Of a DNA stretch of 37,911 nucleotides, positions 7,020 to 16,308 are shown piece by piece. A program made the translations under genes and the position numbers. Source of the stretch: Candidatus Cloacimonadota bacterium (lineage in GTDB: Bacteria > Cloacimonadota > Cloacimonadia > JGIOTU-2); assembly GCA_030628975.1 (NCBI GenBank), contig DAOVPZ010000001.1, positions 1 through 37,911 on the forward strand, in the 5' to 3' direction. The notes under the pieces are model-generated. The model was not told the DNA's origin. It saw nothing but the letters and a program-made list of their open reading frames with translations, and ran no database searches. How positions within the stretch are numbered: position 1 is the first letter of the stretch; each line of letters opens with the position of its first letter.

Positions 7020-8141
7020 ATGAAAAAGAGAATCATTTCAATCGTAATGTTAATTGCTTTGATAAGCAGTTTGGTTCTAGTAAGTAGTTGTGGAAAGAAG
7101 GAAGAGGAGGTTGTAAAGATAGGGGCGATATTGCCTCTGACAGGGAATCTGGCGTTTTTAGGTAATTCTTTAAAGGTAGGATTACTAGTAGCCCAAGATG
7201 AAATTAATAAAGAAAACAAAAAGACCGATGTTATCTTTGAAGATTCAAAGGGGGAAAGCAAAACAGGATTATCTGTTGCTCAGAAATTGTTAACAGTAGA
7301 TAAGGTTGATGGGATAATAGTCTTTTTGGATGCAGTAATTGAACCAATAATTCCCCTCATCCAAGGAAAAAAATTACCTCAAATAAACTTAACTATGAAT
7401 CCCCTTATGAGTGACAAGAGTGATTGCAGCTTTACAATTTTCCCCACATCTAAATCTGAAGTACCTCCTATGCTGGAAATTATAAAAAATAAACAGCCTA
7501 ATAAAATTGCATGCCTATATAATATGAATACTCCAGGACATGTCTTCGCAATAGAAAGCAAATTATTACCAGAACTTAGGGAAATGGTATATTCTACAAA
7601 AGATCTTCTCATAGAAACTGTAGATATTACTAAAGACAAAAATTTTAGAAATCAGATGAGTAAAATATCAGCGTTTAATCCTGATCTGTTAATAGTATTT
7701 ATGATGCCCCCATTTATAAATCAGTTTTATAAGGATTTTCATACCCTGGGACTGGAAAAGAAGTGTCAGATTTTAGGTAATATGGGCTTTGTTGCAGCAC
7801 CTTCAGTTTCCAATGATTTAACAGAAGGAACAATCTTTACACTTCCTCCGTTTTATATTACAAAGTCAGAGAATATATTAAATTTTGCCAATAAATGTGA
7901 AGAGAAGCTTGGCTCTCCTCCCAGTTTAATTGAAGCAAGTTTTGGATATGATGCCTTAAAGATTTTGACCAAAGCCCTGACTCAATCTACTACTCACGAG
8001 GAAGCAATAAATTACATAGCAAAATTGAAAGGATATGAAGGAATTACAGGTCCAATTGAAACTAAGGGTAGTAATGCAAATATTGAAATGAGGTTAGTTA
8101 TAATTAAAAATGGAAAGTTTGAACAATATGAAACAAAATAG
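7020..8141 (+). CDS. ABC transporter substrate-binding lipoprotein (Leu/Ile/Val-binding protein family)
   Basis: The signal peptide carries the lipobox LVSSC. The mature N-terminus VKIGAILPLTGNLAFLG is typical of type I periplasmic binding proteins of the Liv family. The gene sits at the end of the liv operon. Confidence 0.85.
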   Translation: MKKRIISIVMLIALISSLVLVSSCGKKEEEVVKIGAILPLTGNLAFLGNSLKVGLLVAQDEINKENKKTDVIFEDSKGESKTGLSVAQKLLTVDKVDGIIVFLDAVIEPIIPLIQGKKLPQINLTMNPLMSDKSDCSFTIFPTSKSEVPPMLEIIKNKQPNKIACLYNMNTPGHVFAIESKLLPELREMVYSTKDLLIETVDITKDKNFRNQMSKISAFNPDLLIVFMMPPFINQFYKDFHTLGLEKKCQILGNMGFVAAPSVSNDLTEGTIFTLPPFYITKSENILNFANKCEEKLGSPPSLIEASFGYDALKILTKALTQSTTHEEAINYIAKLKGYEGITGPIETKGSNANIEMRLVIIKNGKFEQYETK

Positions 8142-8433
8142 AAAACCATTTACCTTAATTTCTCATATAGATAACCCTGAGTTATATGAAAAATTAATAA
8201 AGATACCAGATAAATATGAGAAGGAAATATGTAATTTTCTTAAATGTCAAATTGAGAAATTGGATCGCAAAAAAACCTTTTTAATTTTGAGTATTGGAGT
8301 AGGAAATGGTCGGATAGAGGTTCCATTAAGTAAAAAATTAATTGAGAATGGGATAAATTTTAAAGTAGTTGGAGTAGACATAAACGAAAAACAGTTAAAT
8401 TTACTGCAAAAAAAAATAAAAAAAAAACAATGA
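8110..8433 (+). CDS. Class I SAM-dependent methyltransferase-like protein, N-terminal segment (frame broken in the A9-T-A10 run at 8408-8427)
   Basis: FLILSIGVGNGRIEVPL is a motif I-like GxGxG block and FKVVGVDINEKQL is a motif II-like block. The frame ends at the TGA at 8431-8433, immediately after the poly-A run. Confidence 0.6.
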   Translation: MESLNNMKQNRKPFTLISHIDNPELYEKLIKIPDKYEKEICNFLKCQIEKLDRKKTFLILSIGVGNGRIEVPLSKKLIENGINFKVVGVDINEKQLNLLQKKIKKKQ

Positions 8434-9076
8434 AGGTACAGACAGTAACTTTGATTTATATAAAAGTGAATCAGGATTTTTAAAAGAAAAGTTTGTTCCT
8501 GGCAACTATGATGTAATAACATTTTTTAATGTCGTTAACCAATTTAGTAGAGAAAACCAATTTGGATGGAAAGACGCTCTGAATAAAGCAATTGAACTTC
8601 TAAAAGAAGGGGGTTTACTTATATTGAATGATGAAATCGGTACATTTGCATGTTTAGATGGGAATTTCGCTTTCACGAAGATTAAGAAGACACAGATTAA
8701 TTTTATAAAATTGTGCTATGGCTTTGCAAGAGCAATGCGGGTGAAGGGATTGAATAGAAATTTACATTCTCAAAGCACAGATTCAGAGGTGGTATTAAAT
8801 TGGTTAGAGTATGACAAAAAGGAGTTTCTTAAGAAAAAGTTTGAGCAATCATGGGAGTGGACAAAAAACGAGCTGAATTTAGAAGAGATATTCCAAAGCT
8901 ATATAATGTGGTTAAAGGATACTGCCTTAAATGATTTATTTACAAAGGAGAATTTGGAAAATGAATTAACCTCTAACGATAAAAATAAGTGTGAGTTCAC
9001 TCAAGGATTAAGAATTTATGGCTTTATTAAAGCAAAAGTCAAACATCAAACTAATAAAACATTATTAAGGAATTAA
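8420..9076 (+). CDS. Class I SAM-dependent methyltransferase-like protein, C-terminal segment (frame 2 open from 8420; first ATG at 8624)
   Basis: Frame 2 reads ...FLKEKFVPGNYDVITFFNVVNQFSRENQFGWKDALNKAIELLKEGGLLILNDE... This covers the motif III/IV region and the post-motif LKxGG block, continuing the fold begun in 8110-8433. Confidence 0.55.
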   Translation, partial: KKNNEGTDSNFDLYKSESGFLKEKFVPGNYDVITFFNVVNQFSRENQFGWKDALNKAIELLKEGGLLILNDEIGTFACLDGNFAFTKIKKTQINFIKLCYGFARAMRVKGLNRNLHSQSTDSEVVLNWLEYDKKEFLKKKFEQSWEWTKNELNLEEIFQSYIMWLKDTALNDLFTKENLENELTSNDKNKCEFTQGLRIYGFIKAKVKHQTNKTLLRN

Positions 9077-9079
9077 ATT

Positions 9080-10240
9080 ATGGATAAAGTTGAAGAGTTA
9101 ACCAGATTTCGTAAATTTGTGCTTAATAATCTACATCCTCTTACACAATTTAGTATCAACCCAGGAGCAGATATTGTTATAAATACTGAAAGTGATGAGT
9201 ATTTTTATGCTGCCCGAAGTCGTCTTATATCCTTAATTGAGTATGGTGTAATAAAAGATCCTATACTTGTGCTAATGCTGGGATGGTTTGAAAGCCAAAA
9301 AGAAGGGCACTGGGCTAAACGTTCATGTGCAGCAATTAAGGACTCCCCCCAACTCCCATCTTGCCTTAAAGCGATAATTAAACACATTATTAGAGGTGGT
9401 GCGTTAACTAATCTTCTCTTGGGCAAAGAGAAAGGATTCCCCCGTAAATTTAATGTTATCTTTAGATTTAAAGATAATGGAAATAAACCAGTAGAATTTT
9501 TCTTTTGGAAATCTGGAAGGTTGCGGAAGGTTGAAATTTATTTGCCTATAAAGAATACAGATTCTTGCCAAGAAAATAAGCAAAATTCTAATATTATCAA
9601 AAATATTCAAAACCAGGGAAATTACAAGGGCTTCTATTTTTATGATAATATGGATTTTATCAAGAAAGCAGAAGAAAAAAAAGCAAAAAATGAGAAAGAA
9701 GAGTTAAAGGACGATAAATTACAAAATTACCTTAATGAATTACCAGAGGAACTTTGTAATAAGTTTAAAGTTTTCAAAGATATAACTAGTGATGAATTAT
9801 GGGAAGAGTGGAAACCAGACCCAGATTTCTATAAGAATTTAATTAATAACGCAGTTAATTTTTATAAAATAATTAAGTTAACGGGAGTAGATATTTACTG
9901 GTTAGGGTATTACTTACAACCTACTCATATAAGGGAGAAATATCTCAATAGAGATAAAATTAAGAAATATGAACCTACAAATACAGAAATAATTATCTGG
10001 GGTAAGGAAGATACTAAGGTTGATGAGGATATGATTGATACATTTGCATCAATCATTACTAAGAGTGATGGAATATATGATTGGGTGGAGGAAGGCAAAT
10101 TGACAATGCGCCAACATGCTCTACGCTCTGCTGTTGCCGCGATTATGGCAAGAAATATGTCGCATAATATAGGGAGTCATGTGCTGAATTACCTATCAAA
10201 TCCGGAGGAATTAGATAAAATATGGGTAATCAAAAAATGA
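9080..10240 (+). CDS. Histidine-kinase-like protein, N-terminal segment ending in an H-box-like helix (probably the 5' part of one ~1170-codon gene)
   Basis: The segment ends ...RQHALRSAVAAIMARNMSHNIGSHVLNYLSNPEELDKIWVIKK*. The stop directly follows the A6 run at 10232-10237. With one A fewer, the frame reads through into 10284..12614 (..WVIKNEIEKLLSKEFKGITKMDKLKRE..). Confidence 0.6.
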   Translation: MDKVEELTRFRKFVLNNLHPLTQFSINPGADIVINTESDEYFYAARSRLISLIEYGVIKDPILVLMLGWFESQKEGHWAKRSCAAIKDSPQLPSCLKAIIKHIIRGGALTNLLLGKEKGFPRKFNVIFRFKDNGNKPVEFFFWKSGRLRKVEIYLPIKNTDSCQENKQNSNIIKNIQNQGNYKGFYFYDNMDFIKKAEEKKAKNEKEELKDDKLQNYLNELPEELCNKFKVFKDITSDELWEEWKPDPDFYKNLINNAVNFYKIIKLTGVDIYWLGYYLQPTHIREKYLNRDKIKKYEPTNTEIIIWGKEDTKVDEDMIDTFASIITKSDGIYDWVEEGKLTMRQHALRSAVAAIMARNMSHNIGSHVLNYLSNPEELDKIWVIKK

Positions 10241-10283
10241 GATTGAAAAACTGCTATCAAAAGAATTCAAGGGAATTACTAAA

Positions 10284-12614
10284 ATGGATAAACTAAAAAG
10301 AGAACTGATTTCTAACTTACAAGGGTATTTAAGAGAAAGGATGGATTTCATTGCTTCAATTCCAACAATGGATCCTCTCTGGACTGCTCCTCTTGATATT
10401 ATAAACGACATAATAGGACCATTCCTTGGTGGAGTTAAATATAACAGTAATTGCCCTTGTTCCCGCCTTTTTTTACTTCTGGATAATATTCTTCGATCTG
10501 AAAAAATAAGAGCAGGTGGAATAGATTTTGAGATAAAAATTTTCGACTCTGGAGATACTAATGAACCTACCTATAAACTAACTTCCGAATATGAAATACA
10601 AAATGGTGAAGTTTATTACAAATTGAAAAAACTTAAAAGGAAGGATGATAATACTTTTGAAGAAAGTGAAATTGAACCATTTAAAGCTGCGATTTATATG
10701 GGAGTTTCAGGCTGTCAGGCATTTTACGGTATTATTGAGAATATTTTAAGAAATTCTGCCCGCCACTCAAATAAAAAAGAGTTGAAGAAGATTAAAGATT
10801 ATAGTAAAAAAATAGAAAATAAACAATCTGTAAATTCAGAAAGCGAAAAACCACTAAAAATTACAATTGAATTTCATTATGATTATAATGAATACAAAGA
10901 TGATTTTCTTAAAGTAAAAATTTACGACAATATGCTTGGGTGGGAAAATGAAAATGTATGGGTAGTGAAAGAAAAAGATGAAAATGAAAAAGAGAATATA
11001 AAATTAGTATTACTGACTAGAGATAATGTAAATGAAAATGATATTATTAAAAATCTACAGAACAAAGATGAAGATTTTAAAGAAAGCCAAATTTTTAATA
11101 GAATGTTTAATCCTAAATATCCAGAAGGAAGAATTATTGATGAAACAGGAATAGTGATGGAAGGGGGTTGGGGATTGAAAGAAATGAGAATTTGTGCTTC
11201 ATTTTTAAGAGGATTGAAAATAGAAGATTATGAATCTCCTTACAATCCGCCTGTAATAAGACCTTTAATTCAAGAAGATCAAACGGATAAAAAAACTGGT
11301 AGTTTAGGAGTTGAGTTATTTATACCGAAAGTTAAAAAGCTACTCATTATAAGTAAAGAGATATATCATTGTGCTAAAAACGAAATAGAAAACCTAAAAA
11401 ATCAAGGAATTTATATAGAAAAAGACATAAACAAGATATCAGAACTTGTAGAGAAGGGAAGTTTCACACACGAATTTGTTGCAATAAATGTAGATGATAA
11501 TGTTAATACTAAATTTTTATCAGCGAATAAACTACTCCTTCCTTACAAAACAATTCATCTAAGTAGTTCAGAAAATGGTGATTTAGTTATTAACAAAGAT
11601 AAACTTAAAACTTGGCTTTCAGGTAAAAATTTGGAATTTGAAATAAATTCTTACAAATATAAAATCAGATCAATAGATGAAAAAATAATTCTTGAAGTAA
11701 AAAAAATGTGGATTAACTCTTTAAGTCAATCATATTTTCCGACAATTGGAGTTTATCCAACACAACGCACAATGTCAAAACATCCTTATTGGGATAATAA
11801 ACTAACATTTGGATGTGATTCAAACTCAATCAAGGTCAAGAATAAATTTAATATTTGTAATTTAATTAGCAACAATGTTTTTCTTCTGCATAAATTTGTT
11901 AATTTTGATAATTTTATTAAATGTAAACCTATTAGTGTTATCCCCTTTACTCATGGCGTTTCGGACCCCATAACAGTATTTAAAAAATTATTAGACAATA
12001 TTGGAGGTACTAATTATAATTTTTCAGCACTAAACTTATATTTTGATATACTGGAAACTGCTTTAACTAATGTTATCATAATTGATGAAAGGGTATTTGA
12101 AGAATCAAAGAATACCCAAAATATTTTTGTAGATGTAAATTTAGCTTTTTATTGGTATCTTCAAAATGTATTAATATTGAATTTGGATAGAGAAAATAAT
12201 AAATTTATTTTAAGGGGGCACAAAATTATCAACAATGGCGAATTGACTCAACAACCTCAAGAAATACCTATAGAAATCGATAGCAATAATAATCAGTGTA
12301 CAGAATTATCCTCTATAATACCTGACAGTTTTAGAAATAAAGTTCATTTTTTAATAATACATCAAACCATAATCCAGACAAAGATTGGCGGGAAAGCCGA
12401 ATTTGAGAAATTTAAAGATATGCTTCCTAAAGAGTATCAGCCTAAATATATTATTGTAACATCAGGAAGAGGGCATCCACCTAAAGGTGAGATGCCTGAA
12501 AATACTAAGTTTTTTGATTTCTCAAATTTAAGAAAATTTATTATTGATAGACCAAATAAATTTTTATTAACAAAGATACTAAATTCGCTGAAAGAGGAAA
12601 AGGATATAAAATGA
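10284..12614 (+). CDS. GHKL (histidine-kinase-type) ATPase domain protein with a C-terminal receiver-like alpha/beta domain (frame open from 10230)
   Basis: N-box-like IIENILRNSARHS (~10731-10770), G1-like VKIYDNMLG, G2-like EGGWGLKEMRICASFLRG (~11158-11210). The C-terminus has alternating beta-strand-like blocks VIIIDERVFEE, HFLIIHQTII and YIIVTSGRGHPP. Confidence 0.65.
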   Translation: MDKLKRELISNLQGYLRERMDFIASIPTMDPLWTAPLDIINDIIGPFLGGVKYNSNCPCSRLFLLLDNILRSEKIRAGGIDFEIKIFDSGDTNEPTYKLTSEYEIQNGEVYYKLKKLKRKDDNTFEESEIEPFKAAIYMGVSGCQAFYGIIENILRNSARHSNKKELKKIKDYSKKIENKQSVNSESEKPLKITIEFHYDYNEYKDDFLKVKIYDNMLGWENENVWVVKEKDENEKENIKLVLLTRDNVNENDIIKNLQNKDEDFKESQIFNRMFNPKYPEGRIIDETGIVMEGGWGLKEMRICASFLRGLKIEDYESPYNPPVIRPLIQEDQTDKKTGSLGVELFIPKVKKLLIISKEIYHCAKNEIENLKNQGIYIEKDINKISELVEKGSFTHEFVAINVDDNVNTKFLSANKLLLPYKTIHLSSSENGDLVINKDKLKTWLSGKNLEFEINSYKYKIRSIDEKIILEVKKMWINSLSQSYFPTIGVYPTQRTMSKHPYWDNKLTFGCDSNSIKVKNKFNICNLISNNVFLLHKFVNFDNFIKCKPISVIPFTHGVSDPITVFKKLLDNIGGTNYNFSALNLYFDILETALTNVIIIDERVFEESKNTQNIFVDVNLAFYWYLQNVLILNLDRENNKFILRGHKIINNGELTQQPQEIPIEIDSNNNQCTELSSIIPDSFRNKVHFLIIHQTIIQTKIGGKAEFEKFKDMLPKEYQPKYIIVTSGRGHPPKGEMPENTKFFDFSNLRKFIIDRPNKFLLTKILNSLKEEKDIK

Positions 12615-13822
12615 ACGTAAATATTTTTGTTTTTGGAAGAGAAAATTATTTTGAAACATTATTAAATGATGGTGAAAAAGGCGCATTAGGATTACAGACT
12701 TCTGTAATTGATGGAGAAAAAGTAATTTTTAAAAAAAAGGACAATAATTTAATTTATTTTTTACCTTACAATTTAACAAAAGAAGCATTTTTTTCTTACC
12801 TTGAGGGACAATCTGATTTAAATATAACGATTTATATTAATTCTGGCCATCTTCCTAATGACACTACCTGGAGAGAAAAAGGTAGTAGTGAAAGTGTGAA
12901 ATGCCTATCTACTGAAAAGAGGGATGCAATTTTTAGAAAAATGGTAATGGATCCTCTTATTATTATTATGACCCTTGAGAAGACTTCTTTAGCTGGTGAA
13001 GGTGAAGGTGAAATAGTAGGCTATGCTGAATGGGTTGAAATATTGAAGTGTAATAAAGCAAAATTCTATAATGATTCATTAAACCAAATCACAAAAAACC
13101 ATAGTGTTAGAATAGCAGAAATTACCCTTGACAATTACACGGTTTTATTTGTTAAAGAAAATGATTATGAGAACAAAGGAGAGCAGCTCCTTAACAATAT
13201 ATTGATCAATAATAAATGGAAATATATAGAACCTAAATATGTTGCAGTTCATGCCCTTAAACATTATATAAAAGATATATCTCAATTCAAAAATAAAGTA
13301 AAATACATATGCGATTTTCATCATTACACAGAACATGAAAGCAAAATAGATTACGAATTTTGTCAGCTTTTACTGGAATTTTTAAAATATTTTGAAAATA
13401 AACAAAGCGCAGAAGCTAAAAATAATTGTGAAGAAATAATAAAAAAAATAGAGGAATTAAGCAAAAAAATTGTTCTTGAAAGATTAACCCTTCTCAAGCA
13501 CCGCATTATAACACTCTGGCTCCCTCTTGCAATAGATATTCAGGGATTAAGTGAAGTTAATGAAGATAATGCCCAGAATTATTTTGAAAAAATAAAAGAA
13601 GATAATTATTTAAATGAAATTAAATATAGTATTAACAAACAAATTGATGAATTGAATGAAATTTTGAATGGAAAGAAGAAAATAAATAAGGGTGAAAAAG
13701 AATATTTAAACACACTTATTGGTGAATTTAATACTAAAAGCGAGATCAAAGACTTAAACCAAGAGTATTTAAATCAGGGAGACGATCTTTTCCTCCCTAA
13801 ATGGTTAGAAAGATTTGCATAA
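12611..13822 (+). CDS. Hypothetical protein (403 aa, helical/coiled-coil-rich C-terminal half)
   Basis: A long ORF with a 4-nt ATGA overlap with the upstream gene. I recognise no motif. Confidence 0.6.
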   Translation: MNVNIFVFGRENYFETLLNDGEKGALGLQTSVIDGEKVIFKKKDNNLIYFLPYNLTKEAFFSYLEGQSDLNITIYINSGHLPNDTTWREKGSSESVKCLSTEKRDAIFRKMVMDPLIIIMTLEKTSLAGEGEGEIVGYAEWVEILKCNKAKFYNDSLNQITKNHSVRIAEITLDNYTVLFVKENDYENKGEQLLNNILINNKWKYIEPKYVAVHALKHYIKDISQFKNKVKYICDFHHYTEHESKIDYEFCQLLLEFLKYFENKQSAEAKNNCEEIIKKIEELSKKIVLERLTLLKHRIITLWLPLAIDIQGLSEVNEDNAQNYFEKIKEDNYLNEIKYSINKQIDELNEILNGKKKINKGEKEYLNTLIGEFNTKSEIKDLNQEYLNQGDDLFLPKWLERFA

Positions 13823-13855
13823 AACAATTAATGAACATATTGAGCATTATAAAAA

Positions 13856-14602
13856 ATGAATAACCTTGTTTATGCCATCTTGCCAAACAAATTATTTAAT
13901 GCTTTCCAGAGATACTTACATTATATTTTTAAAATAGAAATTAAGAAAGGAATCCCTTCACAATTTAAGCAAAATGGAAAATTTTATCTTTTTATTCATG
14001 AACAAGAATTAGAAAATTGCGATATTTTTAAATACGATATTAAAGTTGTAATTTTGGGATATAATAATAATAAGCAGAAAAATTATATTAACTTACTAGA
14101 TCTTAAAAATTTTAATAGTAATCTATCTCAAATTTTTAGTTCCAATAATATTGATAATCAAGAGACAACTGATATCCGTCATCAAATTCGAGAGAAATTA
14201 GTTACATTTTTTAAAGGACATGGTGAAGAATCGCTTTTGTCATGTTTATATTCAACTCAATATTATTTATCAAATGGACCTGTTCTTTTTCAAAAAGGGA
14301 ATATCAACTATGATGAATACAAAAAAACTTTTCTTTTACCCGGTATTGAAAATTGGGAAATTTTTTCAAATAGATTAAATAAATATAAAAATTATCTGTT
14401 TGTAGCTGGTTTTGAAAATGAAGTAGGGGAAGTAATATTAAAAACAAAGCAGTTTCAAATCTTTGTTGATAAACTGAAAATTATGACTAAATCCCAATTG
14501 GAAGAAACAAGCCTAAATACATTTGTGGAAGAAAATATTTCTATAATAAAAGAAATTGATAATATTTTTTCTAATATTTATAGGAAGTTAGAAAAGAAAT
14601 GA
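13856..14602 (+). CDS. Hypothetical protein (248 aa)
   Basis: A same-strand ORF 33 nt after the previous one. I recognise no motif. Its stop overlaps the ATG of the receiver remnant (ATGA at 14599-14602). Confidence 0.55.
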   Translation: MNNLVYAILPNKLFNAFQRYLHYIFKIEIKKGIPSQFKQNGKFYLFIHEQELENCDIFKYDIKVVILGYNNNKQKNYINLLDLKNFNSNLSQIFSSNNIDNQETTDIRHQIREKLVTFFKGHGEESLLSCLYSTQYYLSNGPVLFQKGNINYDEYKKTFLLPGIENWEIFSNRLNKYKNYLFVAGFENEVGEVILKTKQFQIFVDKLKIMTKSQLEETSLNTFVEENISIIKEIDNIFSNIYRKLEKK

Positions 14603-14727
14603 AGTATAACATTTTAGTAGTAGATGATAATGAACTCAATGTAGAATCAGTCGCAACCTATCTGTTCAATTTCATTGCTCTTTTTTTTCTAAACTATGTT
14701 CTCAGAGTTTTACATGCATTTGAATAA
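14599..14727 (+). pseudogene. Truncated remnant of a response-regulator (REC) gene, paralogous to the 5' end of 16468..17889
   Basis: MKYNILVVDDNELNVESV... compares with MKYNILVVDDNKQFVESI... at 16468. By eye the nucleotide similarity is about three quarters over the first ~52 nt. The sequence then diverges and stops after 42 codons. Confidence 0.6.
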
Positions 14728-14742
14728 CTTAAGATAAAAATT

Positions 14743-16050
14743 ATGAAAAATAATAGATTAACTATTGAGGACATTATAAGGCTTGCTGCTCAGGGAGAAG
14801 GAGAAAATATTGAATTTAAGCTCAAACCTGTAAATATTGCTGAAACTATATGTGCTATGGCAAATACTTCTGGAGGTTATATCATTATAGGTGTAGATAA
14901 TAAAGGTAAGTTGACAGGTATTGCAGAGAAGGAGCAGGAAAGAATACCAGCAGACATTCAAGGTTTGATTCCTACACCCCATATTTCTATAATAAATGTA
15001 AAAGTAAATGAGAAAAATGTTTTAGTTATTAATGTAAAAAAGAGCAAAAGGTTTGTTACTCTTGGTAATAGTGCATACATAAGGATAGGTAGGAGTAATA
15101 AGGCTCTTGATTTAGAAGAACTGGCTATAATTAGTATTGAAGAATTGAAGCTAACCTTTGATTCTCTACCATCATCTGTTTCTAAATCAACTTTAAATCC
15201 ATCTCTTGTCCAGGAATATCTGGAGCTGAGGGAGAAGGTAAGAGGCATACCCATAAGAGGAAATCTTGAAGAAAATATTAAAAAATTGAAAATCATAAAA
15301 GGAGAATATTTGACCATATCTGGTCTTCTCTTTTTCACAGATAAGCCACAAGAACATCTACCCTGGACAGGCATAAGAGTGATTGAAATGTATGCAGATG
15401 GTGAGACAAAAGAGATTCTGGAATTTGACGGTCCTGTATGGAAAGTGATTGATAAAGTCTATGATACACTCATAGTCAAAATTCCAAGAACAGAAATTAG
15501 AACAGGAACCAAAAGAGAGTCCTTTCTTATTTTCCCGGAGGAATCAATAAGGGAAGGAATAATAAACGCAGTTGCGCATAGAAATTACAGAATAAGAGGT
15601 GATATTAGAATTTTCCTATCCCCTGAATCTCTTAGAATAAAAAATCCAGGAAGTTTTCCACCAGGAGTTGACATTGAAGACCCGGAACATATTCCAAGAA
15701 ACCCCATAATTTGCCAATATCTTTATGATATGGGTTATATAGAAAAATATGGATTTGGAATAATAAGAATGAGAAAAGCTGTTGAAGATCATCCAACTGC
15801 ATCAATTGATTTTAATATAGGCGCTTTGAAGACAGAAGTGATATTTGAAAGTAAAAAGAAGGCAACACTAAATGAAAATGAGCGAATAATATTGACACTC
15901 TTAAGAGCAGAACCTCTATCAAGCAGTCAGATTGCTTCACATCTAAAAATGAGCAAAGTAACAATACTTAAGAAACTTGATAGACTGCAGTCAATGAACC
16001 TGATTAAAAAGATAGGCATAGGAAGGAAAACTAAATATACTGTTTCGTAA
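14743..16050 (+). CDS. AlbA_2 (Schlafen-like) / HATPase_c_4 putative DNA-binding protein with C-terminal winged HTH (often annotated RecG-like or 'ATP-binding protein')
   Basis: N-terminal EGENIEFK ... ICAMANTSGGYIIIGVDNKGKLTGI (AlbA_2 pattern); central INAVAHRNY ... IRIKNPGSFP ... RNPIICQYLYDMGYIEKYGFGI; C-terminal ILTLLRAEPLSSSQIASHLKMSKVTILKKLDRL (wHTH). Confidence 0.75.
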   Translation: MKNNRLTIEDIIRLAAQGEGENIEFKLKPVNIAETICAMANTSGGYIIIGVDNKGKLTGIAEKEQERIPADIQGLIPTPHISIINVKVNEKNVLVINVKKSKRFVTLGNSAYIRIGRSNKALDLEELAIISIEELKLTFDSLPSSVSKSTLNPSLVQEYLELREKVRGIPIRGNLEENIKKLKIIKGEYLTISGLLFFTDKPQEHLPWTGIRVIEMYADGETKEILEFDGPVWKVIDKVYDTLIVKIPRTEIRTGTKRESFLIFPEESIREGIINAVAHRNYRIRGDIRIFLSPESLRIKNPGSFPPGVDIEDPEHIPRNPIICQYLYDMGYIEKYGFGIIRMRKAVEDHPTASIDFNIGALKTEVIFESKKKATLNENERIILTLLRAEPLSSSQIASHLKMSKVTILKKLDRLQSMNLIKKIGIGRKTKYTVS

Positions 16051-16204
16051 AGGGCGTATTAACGAAAAATGTTAACGAAAAGGTTTACGAAAAGTTTACA
16101 TTAAAAAACTCGGGACATCCCATTAAATAGGAAAAGATTTAACCCCAGTGAAATAAATAAAGATTTCACAGGGCAGGAGGGGAAGGCAACGGAGCATGAA
16201 AATA

Positions 16205-16308
16205 ACACACCCCACGGCTGAAGCCGTATACCCTCTTGCTAGAGAGGAATTCCAAAAAATCCCCTCTTGAGAGGGGTGGACACCGACTTGTCGGTGGACG
16301 GGGTGTGT
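16205..16308. other. GC-rich multi-hairpin element (candidate structured RNA or miniature repeat element)
   Basis: The closing stem ACACACCCC (16205-16213) / GGGGTGTGT (16300-16308) encloses four hairpins: ACGGC-TGAA-GCCGT, CCTCT-TGCTAG-AGAGG, CCCCTC-TTGA-GAGGGG and CACCGAC-TT-GTCGGTG. It shares CACCGACTTGTCGG and GGACGGGG with 1794-1838. Strand is unknown. Confidence 0.3.

Noticed and set aside
13508-13522. TGGCTC-N4-TTGCA sigma54-like sequence
   Set aside because: The -24/-12 spacing is one nucleotide short, and the site is inside the 12611..13822 coding region.
14958-15374. Antisense ORFs inside long genes (this one, plus for example 162..464, 6944..7261, 7379..7639, 18802..19089, 28657..29435, 34840..36213)
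   Set aside because: All lie opposite or out of frame within ORFs that have clear domain signatures. Such shadow ORFs are expected in AT-rich DNA, and none shows a motif or an RBS.
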